Origin: Puia sp.
GTDB lineage: Bacteria > Bacteroidota > Bacteroidia > Chitinophagales > Chitinophagaceae
NCBI GenBank assembly: GCA_036010185.1
Contig: DASYSV010000353.1
Coordinates: 1-35,535 of the forward strand
Length of the DNA: 35,535 nt
Direction of reading: 5' to 3'
The position numbers and the translations under genes are program-made. The notes beneath the pieces were generated by a model. That model did not search any database. It had not been told where the DNA came from and was given only the letters and a program-made list of their open reading frames with translations. Positions 25,538 to 33,220 of this stretch are shown here, piece after piece (the first letter of the stretch is position 1; each line of letters opens with the position of its first letter).

Positions 25538-26224
25538 TCAGCTGGTCAGCTGATACTCGAGGATAATAACGCCGTTGTCGAGCGCGCGTGACTGTTTGAG
25601 CCCGAATTTTTTTAGTTCCCGGTTGTCCTCGAATAGCCGCAACCCGCCGCCAACACAGACGGGATAAACCATAAGATGCAGCTCGTCGATGAGATCGTGA
25701 TGAAGCAGGGCCTTGACGAGTGTGGCACTCCCATAGACGAGGATATCGCCCCCATCCGTCTTCTTAAGCGAGGCGACATCCCCCGCGTCCGCATCCCCCG
25801 CCACCCCGCCTCCCGCCACCCCGCGCGCCGCGACATCACCCCCCTTCACATCACGACCCGTCATCCCGCTCTCTGCCGCCCCGCGCCCCGCGACATCCCC
25901 CCCTTTCACCCCCCGCAAAATATGCGTGTTGTTCCAATCCACCTTTTTCAGGCTTCGCGACACAACATACTTCGGCAACTGATTCATGCGGTCTCCGAAC
26001 CCGTTTCCGCCCTGACCCGGCCAGTACCCCGCGAACACTTCGTACGTTGTTCTGCCCAACAGCAACGCATCGACGGCTGCCAGCTCGTCCATCTTATACT
26101 TTCCGCCCTCCGGATGACCGAATTTAGTCTGCCAGCCGCCATGAGGATGAGGAGTTTCATTGCCGCCGGGCGCCTCGACGACGCCGTCGAGTGTGATGAA
26201 TTCGGTGACGATAATTTTTCGCAT
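25538..26224 (-). CDS. dihydrofolate reductase-like (RibD C-terminal) protein with Gly-rich repeat insertion
   Basis: MRKII..FITLDGVVE, LLLGRTTYE, KYVVS, GSATLV and LIDELHL. Confidence 0.88.
   Translation of the reverse strand: MRKIIVTEFITLDGVVEAPGGNETPHPHGGWQTKFGHPEGGKYKMDELAAVDALLLGRTTYEVFAGYWPGQGGNGFGDRMNQLPKYVVSRSLKKVDWNNTHILRGVKGGDVAGRGAAESGMTGRDVKGGDVAARGVAGGGVAGDADAGDVASLKKTDGGDILVYGSATLVKALLHHDLIDELHLMVYPVCVGGGLRLFEDNRELKKFGLKQSRALDNGVIILEYQLTS
25781..25916. repeat. in-frame low-complexity expansion (60-bp period plus sub-repeats)
   Basis: ccccgcgc(g/c)ccgcgacatc(a/c)ccccc(c/t)ttcac starts at 25819 and 25879, encoding VKGGDVA(G/A)RG twice. Confidence 0.85.
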
Positions 26225-26235
26225 GGTTTTCTATT

Positions 26236-26730
26236 TCAGGGTTTCAAAAGTTGGTCCAGGTAGTTCAACGTCATGGTAAAGCCTTCTTTGAAGCCCATTT
26301 GGATGAGTTGCTCCAGGTCGGCGAGGGTTTTCAGTTTTATGACGATGGATACGGATGTCGTTCCATTCCGCTCGCTGAAACTCAAATCCCAATCCGAGCG
26401 TGGCATCGCCTCATTTATATTTTCATCCTTGTCCGCAAAGGCATCCTGGTATTTGAAATTGGTGGTCGGACTGACAGAGGTATACTTCTGCAGCGACCAG
26501 AATTCTTGCCCTTCGGGGCTTACCATGGCATAAAATCTCCGTCCGCCTGCCGTAAAGTCCATATGTTTTGTGCGGGATATCCAGGGTTTGGGCGCCCACC
26601 ACTGATCGAGGATCTCCTGTTTTGTAAACGCATCCCACACCTTCGAAAGACCGGCCGCGAAGTCCCTGTTTACAAATATCGAATTTGTCGTCCTGTCGAC
26701 GGAAAAGTCGAATTGCAAAGTGCTGTTCAT
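26236..26730 (-). CDS. SRPBCC (Aha1/START-like) domain protein
   Basis: [31 protein letters not shown] and MGFKEGF. Confidence 0.9.
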   Translation of the reverse strand: MNSTLQFDFSVDRTTNSIFVNRDFAAGLSKVWDAFTKQEILDQWWAPKPWISRTKHMDFTAGGRRFYAMVSPEGQEFWSLQKYTSVSPTTNFKYQDAFADKDENINEAMPRSDWDLSFSERNGTTSVSIVIKLKTLADLEQLIQMGFKEGFTMTLNYLDQLLKP

Positions 26731-27047
26731 TTTTTCTGTTTTTTAATAGTGGATAATACTTTGTCGAGCTGGTCGAACCGGGTTTCCCAGATCTTTCTGA
26801 ATTGGCTCAACCATTTGTCTATCTCTTTCATTTTTTCAATTTCGAGTGAGTAATAAATTTCTCTGCCCTGATATTCTTGTTTTACCAGATCGCATTCCGT
26901 CAGGATGCGCAGGTGTTTGGAAACAGCCTGCCTGGTAGTGTTGAAGTTTTCGGCGATCGCATTCGGCGTCATCGCCTGCAACGCGATCAGCGCGATGATC
27001 GCCCGTCTGGTCGGGTCGGCGATGGCCTGGAATATATCTCTTCTCAT
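26727..27047 (-). CDS. ArsR-family regulator (SRPBCC-associated, no metal-binding Cys motif)
   Basis: [26 protein letters not shown] and GREIYY; 4-nt overlap with the SRPBCC gene. Confidence 0.9.
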   Translation of the reverse strand: MRRDIFQAIADPTRRAIIALIALQAMTPNAIAENFNTTRQAVSKHLRILTECDLVKQEYQGREIYYSLEIEKMKEIDKWLSQFRKIWETRFDQLDKVLSTIKKQKK

Positions 27048-27066
27048 GCGGGGCTTTTTGAATTGA

Positions 27067-27108
27067 GAAACTGATCGGTTGCAAATATACGTGCAACTAT
27101 TCGGTTGC
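27067..27108. promoter_or_regulatory. tandem operators flanking a TAnnTTTG promoter
   Basis: GAAAC-N6-GTTGC (27067-27082) and GCAAC-N6-GTTGC (27093-27108); minus-strand TATATTTG at 27082-27089. Confidence 0.7.
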
Positions 27109-27195
27109 GCAAATCTTTTTTTGAAGGCAATTGCCGGCGGCGCATCCTGCCGCAAACCAGAGGCCAAAGCGAGATTCCTTAACTTTGTGACCCAT

Positions 27196-27894
27196 ATGAA
27201 AAAGCTCCTTTGTTATATCCTCCTGTCCATCATCGCTGTCTGCCCCGCATTCGCCGTCCCTGCCGGCCCGAATCTTCCCAACAGTCCGGATGGCCCGAAT
27301 GTTCCCAACAGCCCGGGTGGCCCGGATCTCCCCAACGGCCCGGGCGCCCCGAAGCTCGATACGGCAACCTTCGCTACGGGCTGTTTCTGGTGTACGCAGG
27401 CTACATTCCAGCAATTGCGCGGGGTAACCAGGGTCACTGCCGGCTTCACCGGCGGCCATACCGTTAAGCCCAGCTATGAAGAGGTGTGCACGGGCACTAC
27501 GGGCCATGCCGAAGCCTGTAATATCGTTTTCGACCCCCGGGTTATTTCCTTTGACACCTTGCTGGAAGTCTTTTTTACCGTCCATGACCCTACCCAACTG
27601 AACCGGCAGGGTAACGATGTCGGTACGCAGTATCGTTCGGCTGTGTTCTATCATAATGTGGTTCAAAAACAAAAGGCGGAATACTACATCAGGAAGATCA
27701 ACGAGGCAAAGGCCTATCCCAGACCCGTCGTGACCCGGGTAGTCCCGTTTACCGTGTTCTATAAGGCCGAAGACTATCACCAGGATTATTACAACCGGAA
27801 CGGGAATGTCCCCTATTGTAAATATGTCATTCAGCCAGAAGTGGAAAAATTCAGAAAAATATTCGCCGATAAATTGAAAACGACCCATGAATAA
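27196..27894 (+). CDS. msrA: peptide methionine-S-sulfoxide reductase, exported
   Basis: Signal peptide, [33 protein letters not shown] and [16 protein letters not shown] promoter at 27180-27187. Confidence 0.95.
   Translation: MKKLLCYILLSIIAVCPAFAVPAGPNLPNSPDGPNVPNSPGGPDLPNGPGAPKLDTATFATGCFWCTQATFQQLRGVTRVTAGFTGGHTVKPSYEEVCTGTTGHAEACNIVFDPRVISFDTLLEVFFTVHDPTQLNRQGNDVGTQYRSAVFYHNVVQKQKAEYYIRKINEAKAYPRPVVTRVVPFTVFYKAEDYHQDYYNRNGNVPYCKYVIQPEVEKFRKIFADKLKTTHE
27265..27345 (+). repeat. 27-bp in-frame tandem repeat x3
   Basis: GPNLPNSPD / GPNVPNSPG / GPDLPNGPG, between the signal peptide and the MsrA domain. Confidence 0.9.
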
Positions 27895-28411
27895 GATCAT
27901 GCGAACCTTCATCATAGCCGCCGTTCTGGCACTTGGTGTGGCCGCCCGGGCCTTTCCCCAGCATTTGAAATCCCCCGAGGGGCATCCGAACAATCCTTAT
28001 TATTCGAATACGGATACGAACAAGCTCCATGTATCGGATGCGGAATGGAAGAAGATCCTGTCCCCGGCGCTGTATGCTACCGCCCGGGAACAGGCCACCG
28101 AAAAGCCGTTTACCGGACGATATTGGGACCAAAATGCCAAAGGGACCTATTATTGCGCAGTGTGCGGGAATAAGTTATTCCGGTCCGACGCCAAATTTTC
28201 GAGCACCTGTGGCTGGCCGAGCTTTTTCGAACCCAGCCGGAAGAACAGCGTGACCTACCTGCAAGACCACTCTTATGGCATGGATCGTATAGAAGTGCGT
28301 TGCGCCCGCTGCGGGTCACATTTAGGCCATATTTTCGACGATGGTCCACCGCCGACCCACAAGCGATACTGCATGAATTCCATTTCATTGGATTTCAAGC
28401 CGGATAAATAG
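27887..28411 (+). CDS. msrB: peptide methionine-R-sulfoxide reductase, exported
   Basis: Signal peptide, TEKPF, Zn motifs CAVC and CARC, CGWPSF, HLGHIFDDGP and RYCMNS. Confidence 0.95.
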   Translation: MNKIMRTFIIAAVLALGVAARAFPQHLKSPEGHPNNPYYSNTDTNKLHVSDAEWKKILSPALYATAREQATEKPFTGRYWDQNAKGTYYCAVCGNKLFRSDAKFSSTCGWPSFFEPSRKNSVTYLQDHSYGMDRIEVRCARCGSHLGHIFDDGPPPTHKRYCMNSISLDFKPDK

Positions 28412-28450
28412 CGGCATTATCCCCTTTTCAGGCATGGGCGTATTTAAAGG

Positions 28451-28477
28451 AAAAAGGAGCGTATGGAAATACGCTCC
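28451..28477 (-). terminator. intrinsic terminator downstream of tRNA-Cys
   Basis: Minus strand reads GGAGCGTAT-TTCC-ATACGCTCC-TTTTT. Confidence 0.75.
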
Positions 28478-28539
28478 GGTCTAACGATTGCTTGCCATAT
28501 GAAAAATGTTACCCCGCGCCGGCGCAGGCTCCGTTTTCG

Positions 28540-28610
28540 AGGTCGCAGGCGGAATCGAACCGCCGTGAAAGGTTTTGCAGACCCGTGCCTGACCTCTCGG
28601 CCACACGACC
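28540..28610 (-). tRNA. tRNA-Cys (GCA)
   Basis: Reverse complement GGTCGTGTGGCCGAGAGGTCAGGCACGGGTCTGCAAAACCTTTCACGGCGGTTCGATTCCGCCTGCGACCT folds as a cloverleaf with GCA anticodon and U73 discriminator. CCA is not encoded. TACATTTG promoter at 28621-28628. Confidence 0.95.
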
Positions 28611-28755
28611 ATCAACGCAGCAAATGTACAGGATCGCAATTAGTCCACCAAATTTATAGACTAATAAATTTTAGGCCACGCTGACAAATGAACCACAATG
28701 CCAGCCTGCAACTATCTTGCAATTCGTTCGGAATAAGAGAATGAAATAATGAAGG

Positions 28756-28926
28756 CTAATTTCCCTGAAGCTGCTTCATCAGCTTGTCGGCCTGCTCCTT
28801 TGTGCGGATGATCTTATGAAGGGAGGACCCGTTGCGCACAGCAGTCCCACGCTTGACCTTTTGAGGGCCGAGACTGCGTGCTTTCTCAGTAAGTGACCTT
28901 ATCTTATCTGCTATACTTCGGGTCAT
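28756..28926 (-). CDS. small basic hypothetical protein (56 aa)
   Basis: ATG at 28926 after an AT-rich leader; MTRSIADKIRSL...LMKQLQGN; directly downstream of 28965..29531. Confidence 0.55.
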   Translation of the reverse strand: MTRSIADKIRSLTEKARSLGPQKVKRGTAVRNGSSLHKIIRTKEQADKLMKQLQGN

Positions 28927-28964
28927 ACTGTAAAGATAATAATTTTTTGTGAATTTTATCCGGC

Positions 28965-29531
28965 TTACCTGGCGGTGTTCAGTCTGAAAATGAAGTAATT
29001 GTACATCCAATCCGAACGGATGATCCTGCCTCTGGAAATGGGGTCGAGGGAGGTATAAATGTCTTTAAAATCAAACGGGTTATCAAATTGGTTTTTTCCG
29101 AACCGGCTGATCCGGACATAATATTTGAGGCCATGCATGATGAAGAATTGAGCCAGGTAGCCGAAGTTGCGTTGAATGAAGCGGTAATATAGATAGGCCC
29201 GGGCATTATTCGAGCCGTCGATACCAAGAAAGTGGGAGGGATTACTGCTTAGATAGGTTAGCGCCGTAAATAGAATGGTGGAAAATGTTTTAGAATAATC
29301 AGAATGTTCAATTTCAGCCTTGTCATCGACGAGCCCCCTGGAATTCAGCGGGCCGAATGCCAGGTTGTAGACATCCGGAAGAAGGGGGTGTGGTTGATTG
29401 CTGATTTCTACACGCAGAGGAAGTGAAGTGCCATCAGCCAATTGAGATTTAAATGTGGTAGTACGAAGGTCCGGGGTCACGGGTTCAATCTCGTATATAT
29501 GATCGAAATCAATATTGACCGTAAGCGCCAT
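28965..29531 (-). CDS. hypothetical protein, DUF6934-like
   Basis: YNLAFG, D...KTFSTI and G.DGS..AR..LY.R pattern recalled from this Bacteroidota family; AT-richer than its neighbours. Confidence 0.65.
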   Translation of the reverse strand: MALTVNIDFDHIYEIEPVTPDLRTTTFKSQLADGTSLPLRVEISNQPHPLLPDVYNLAFGPLNSRGLVDDKAEIEHSDYSKTFSTILFTALTYLSSNPSHFLGIDGSNNARAYLYYRFIQRNFGYLAQFFIMHGLKYYVRISRFGKNQFDNPFDFKDIYTSLDPISRGRIIRSDWMYNYFIFRLNTAR

Positions 29532-29653
29532 AGAATTAAGGTTAATAGGCGCAAAAATAACTCGCTAAAATGGAAGCAGCCGAAATTTTGTAAAAGCCCT
29601 GCGAATATCGCATGACTTACCGTGTAACCGAAAAATAGCCTAAATTAGTCACT

Positions 29654-31135
29654 ATGAAACCATTGCTTGCCGCTCCCGTCCACATCACGGCAGCCCTCCT
29701 CGTATTGTTATACCCGACCGGGCTCTGCAACGCCCAGCAACCCGCCCCCGCTGCGAAGCCCGGCACTACCACGGTCACTGCACCGCCCGCCATCGCGACC
29801 GCGCAACCCGGCGCCACCACTGTCACTGAATGGCAATATGGCAGGAACGGCGCACTCTCCATCACCTACGACGACGCTTCCCGGCACCAGTTCACCAAAG
29901 CATTGCCATTGATGGAACGGCTGAAATTACCGGCAACCTTTTTCGTCATTACCGGACCGATCACCGGATCGAAATACCATGGCAGATTTATCGGCCGGCC
30001 CGTGCAGGAGATCATCAGGGAATCCGCAACGATCCCTACAAACGACAATAATTTCTTCGAACGCTGCTCGGCAGCAGGATACCTGGGCTACCAGGGAACC
30101 ATCGCTTACCATACGCGCGCCGGCGGCATGTATTCATCGGGCAGAAAACAACAGGCCTATCACCTGATGGACAGCCTCTACACAAAGGTCCGGCACGGGG
30201 ATTTTCCGCAGGGTTATGAACCCTGCCCCGAATACAAGGAGGCCGAAGGCTCCAGCTGGAATGATTTCCGGAAAGATGTCGCGGAGGGCTATGAGATCGC
30301 AAGTCACTCCATCACACATGCGACCATGCCCGGCATGGACGAGGCTAATATCAAATATGAGCTGGAAAAGAGCAAGGAAGAGATCAGGAACCAGCTCGGC
30401 GACAAATATACATTCTCCACGGAGGTGCCGTATGGCTACGAGGACGACCGGGTGATGCAGATCGCTTATAAGATATATCCGGCGTTACGAAACCGGATGC
30501 CGGAGCCGTTTTTAAAGGAGATAGACAGGGGAAGCCGGATGTTGCCGCATCCCAATGACAAGGACTATGTCCAATGGCAGCGCGGGCCGCTGCATGCAAC
30601 CCCGCTCCCACTGATGGAATCCTGGGTGGACACCGCCGCCGCCACCCACGACACCTGGCTGGTGCTGGTCTTTCATGGCATCGACAGTCTCGGATGGGAA
30701 TGGACGCCGATGCCCAAACTGGAGGAATATTTCAACTATATCAAGACACGCGAGGACAAACTCTGGGTGGCGACGTTCGGCGACGTCACAAAGTATATGC
30801 GCGAACGCGAGGCCGCAAAGGTCACCGCGAACCGAACTAGCGAAACCGCCGCCGCGCCGAAAACCGAAACCCCAGCGAAAAGCAGCAACCCGGCGAGCAG
30901 CAACCCAGCGAATAGCGGCACTATCATTATCACCCTCACCCACTCCCTCGACCCCAAAACCTACACCCTCCCCCTAACCCTCAAAACCTATATCCCCGAT
31001 ACCTGGACAAAACCTACCGTGATCATAACACAAGGCACAACCCGACAGCACGCCGCCGTCCAAAAAGATGACAAAGGCAAATACATCCTTTACCAGGCAA
31101 AACCCAATACCGTAAACGTAACACTCCATCCATGA
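29654..31135 (+). CDS. secreted polysaccharide deacetylase (CE4/NodB-like) with C-terminal beta domain
   Basis: Signal peptide, SITYDD, ATFFV, ASHSITH and LVFHG; low-complexity duplicated linkers (48-bp period at 29759/29807, 15-bp at 30881/30896). Confidence 0.85.
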   Translation: MKPLLAAPVHITAALLVLLYPTGLCNAQQPAPAAKPGTTTVTAPPAIATAQPGATTVTEWQYGRNGALSITYDDASRHQFTKALPLMERLKLPATFFVITGPITGSKYHGRFIGRPVQEIIRESATIPTNDNNFFERCSAAGYLGYQGTIAYHTRAGGMYSSGRKQQAYHLMDSLYTKVRHGDFPQGYEPCPEYKEAEGSSWNDFRKDVAEGYEIASHSITHATMPGMDEANIKYELEKSKEEIRNQLGDKYTFSTEVPYGYEDDRVMQIAYKIYPALRNRMPEPFLKEIDRGSRMLPHPNDKDYVQWQRGPLHATPLPLMESWVDTAAATHDTWLVLVFHGIDSLGWEWTPMPKLEEYFNYIKTREDKLWVATFGDVTKYMREREAAKVTANRTSETAAAPKTETPAKSSNPASSNPANSGTIIITLTHSLDPKTYTLPLTLKTYIPDTWTKPTVIITQGTTRQHAAVQKDDKGKYILYQAKPNTVNVTLHP

Positions 31136-32400
31136 AGCGCGACTACTACATCGTAGGATTGATCATGCTTACCTTTTTCGTGATCTCGTTCCTGACCAAC
31201 GTGATCCAGGCATTGAACCCGGACTTTATCACCGGGTTTCATTTGAGCCTGACCCTGGCGGCAGTACTGCCATTCGCTTTTTTTATCGCCTATGGCCTCG
31301 TCTCGATCCCTACCGGGATGCTCCTCGAAAAATATAAAGAAAAAAAGATCATGGTCGCGGGCTTCGTCGTCGCCGTTATCGGCTCAGTGCTCCTGGCGGT
31401 GATCCACAACTATTTGACCGCGATCATCTCGCTTTTTCTCATCGGCGCCGGGATGGCCATGCTCCAGGTGGTGATCAACCCCCTTCTGCGGACCGCCGGC
31501 GGCGAAGAACATTATGCGTTCAACTCGGTTCTGGCGCAGCTGATCTTCGGGGCCGCGTCCTTTCTCAGCCCGCTGGTCTATTCTTATTTTGCACAGCATC
31601 TGAACGGTCAGACCTCCGGCTTGATGGGACTGTTCAACAGCATCGTTCCAGGCAACCTGCCGTGGATCTCGCTATACTGGATATTCGCGGTCATTTCAGT
31701 GGCGATGATCGTGGTCATCAAAACCTCCCGCTTCCCTGTCGTCGAGCTCAAGGCCGACGAAACCGCCGGGCCCTGGAAAACCCACCTCATGCTTTTCAAA
31801 AAAAAGGTAGTGATACTCTACTTCATTGCCATGATCTGTTATGTGGGTACCGAGCAGGGCATCGGGAACTGGATCTCGAAATTCCTCGAAACCTATCACC
31901 ATTATGACCCGAAAACAAAAGGAGCGGATACCGTAGCGTACTTCTGGGGATTGATGACGGCCGGGGGCGTCCTGGGACTGTTCCTCCTCAAGATCATGGA
32001 CAGCCGGAAACTATTGATCGCCTTTACTATCGCGGCGCTGGTCTGCCTGAGCGCCGCCTTATTCGGCAGCGGGCCGGTGGCGCTGATCGCCTTTCCGGCA
32101 GTGGGATTCTTCGCTTCGGTGATGTATCCCATCATCTTCTCGCTGGCACTCAATTCGGTCTCGGAACATCACGGGTCCTTTGCGGGTATAATGGTAACAG
32201 GTATCATCGGCGGTGCCATCGGGCCGCTGATCATCGGCGGTCTTGGCGACGCGCTCGGCCTCCGGACGGGCATGTTCTTTTTATATCTTACGCTTGGCTA
32301 TATCCTCAGTATCGGCTTCTGGGCCAGACCCCTGATCACGAACCGTACAGTTTTCAATAAAAACGACTTCTATGAGACAGCCCAAAGTGATCGGCATTGA
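31132..32400 (+). CDS. MFS sugar transporter (FucP/GluP-like)
   Basis: About 12 hydrophobic segments, LQVVINP, YVGTEQG and MYPIIFSLAL; ATGA overlap with the deacetylase. Confidence 0.9.
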   Translation: MKRDYYIVGLIMLTFFVISFLTNVIQALNPDFITGFHLSLTLAAVLPFAFFIAYGLVSIPTGMLLEKYKEKKIMVAGFVVAVIGSVLLAVIHNYLTAIISLFLIGAGMAMLQVVINPLLRTAGGEEHYAFNSVLAQLIFGAASFLSPLVYSYFAQHLNGQTSGLMGLFNSIVPGNLPWISLYWIFAVISVAMIVVIKTSRFPVVELKADETAGPWKTHLMLFKKKVVILYFIAMICYVGTEQGIGNWISKFLETYHHYDPKTKGADTVAYFWGLMTAGGVLGLFLLKIMDSRKLLIAFTIAALVCLSAALFGSGPVALIAFPAVGFFASVMYPIIFSLALNSVSEHHGSFAGIMVTGIIGGAIGPLIIGGLGDALGLRTGMFFLYLTLGYILSIGFWARPLITNRTVFNKNDFYETAQSDRH

Positions 32401-33220
32401 CCTCGGAGCGACCAATATCCGGGGCGCAGTAGTCAGCGGAGACTCGCTTTCCGACATCATTTCCGTGCGTATCCACAGCGAGGGCTCGGTAGAAGACGTA
32501 CTGAACGATATTTACCAGCTGATCGACCGCCTCACCGGCCCCGATATCGCCGGTATCGGCATTGGCGTACCCAGCGTAGTGGATGTGGAGGAGGGCATAG
32601 TCTATGATGTGCAGTATATCCCTTCCTGGGTGGAGGTACCCCTGAAGCAATTGCTCGGGGAGCGATACCGGCTGCCCGTATACGTCAATAACGACGCTAA
32701 CTGCTTCGCGCTGGGTGAATACTATTTCGGAAAAGGAAAGGGCATGTCTTCGCTGGTCGGACTGACCATCGGGACAGGACTCGGCGGCGGGGTCGTCATC
32801 CATGACAAATTGTATCCCGGATATAACTGCGGGGCAGGCGAGCTCGGGCTCTTGCCCTACAGGGACAATATCCTCGAATATTATTGCAGCGGGTCCTTTT
32901 TTAAAAATTTACACGGACTGGACGGCGTAATGGTCTACGAGGCGGCGCGCGAGGGCGATGCCAGGGCGCTGGAGCTGTACGCGGAGCTGGGAGAACATAT
33001 AGGCCAGGGCATCAAGGCGGTCGTATACAGCTATGACCCGCAACTGATCGTCCTGGGCGGATCGGTCAGCGCAGCCTACGACCTGTTCCAGCAGACGATG
33101 TGGGAGACCATCCGGTCACTGGCATATGCCAAAACCCTTGCACGGCTGAAGATCGAAGTTTCTAACCTGAAAAATAGCGGCATCCTCGGGGCTGCCGCAC
33201 TATATTATGATTCTACATAA
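32372..33220 (+). CDS. ROK-family sugar kinase
   Basis: GIDLGATN, IGIGVP, NNDANCFALGE, GTGLGGG and AGELG; no HTH and no CxCGxxGC zinc motif. Confidence 0.92.
   Translation: MRQPKVIGIDLGATNIRGAVVSGDSLSDIISVRIHSEGSVEDVLNDIYQLIDRLTGPDIAGIGIGVPSVVDVEEGIVYDVQYIPSWVEVPLKQLLGERYRLPVYVNNDANCFALGEYYFGKGKGMSSLVGLTIGTGLGGGVVIHDKLYPGYNCGAGELGLLPYRDNILEYYCSGSFFKNLHGLDGVMVYEAAREGDARALELYAELGEHIGQGIKAVVYSYDPQLIVLGGSVSAAYDLFQQTMWETIRSLAYAKTLARLKIEVSNLKNSGILGAAALYYDST

Noticed and set aside
26727-27047. Second arsenic or metal resistance regulator
   Set aside because: It lacks the Cys metal-binding motif and belongs to the common ArsR-SRPBCC-DHFR-like operon type.
28463-28684. 73-aa Arg-rich ORF
   Set aside because: It overlaps tRNA-Cys and its terminator on the opposite strand.
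28540-29640. tRNA-Cys as an integration site of a genomic island
   Set aside because: No integrase and no duplicated tRNA 3' end seen. The AT-rich islet lies on the tRNA 5' side, not the usual 3' side.
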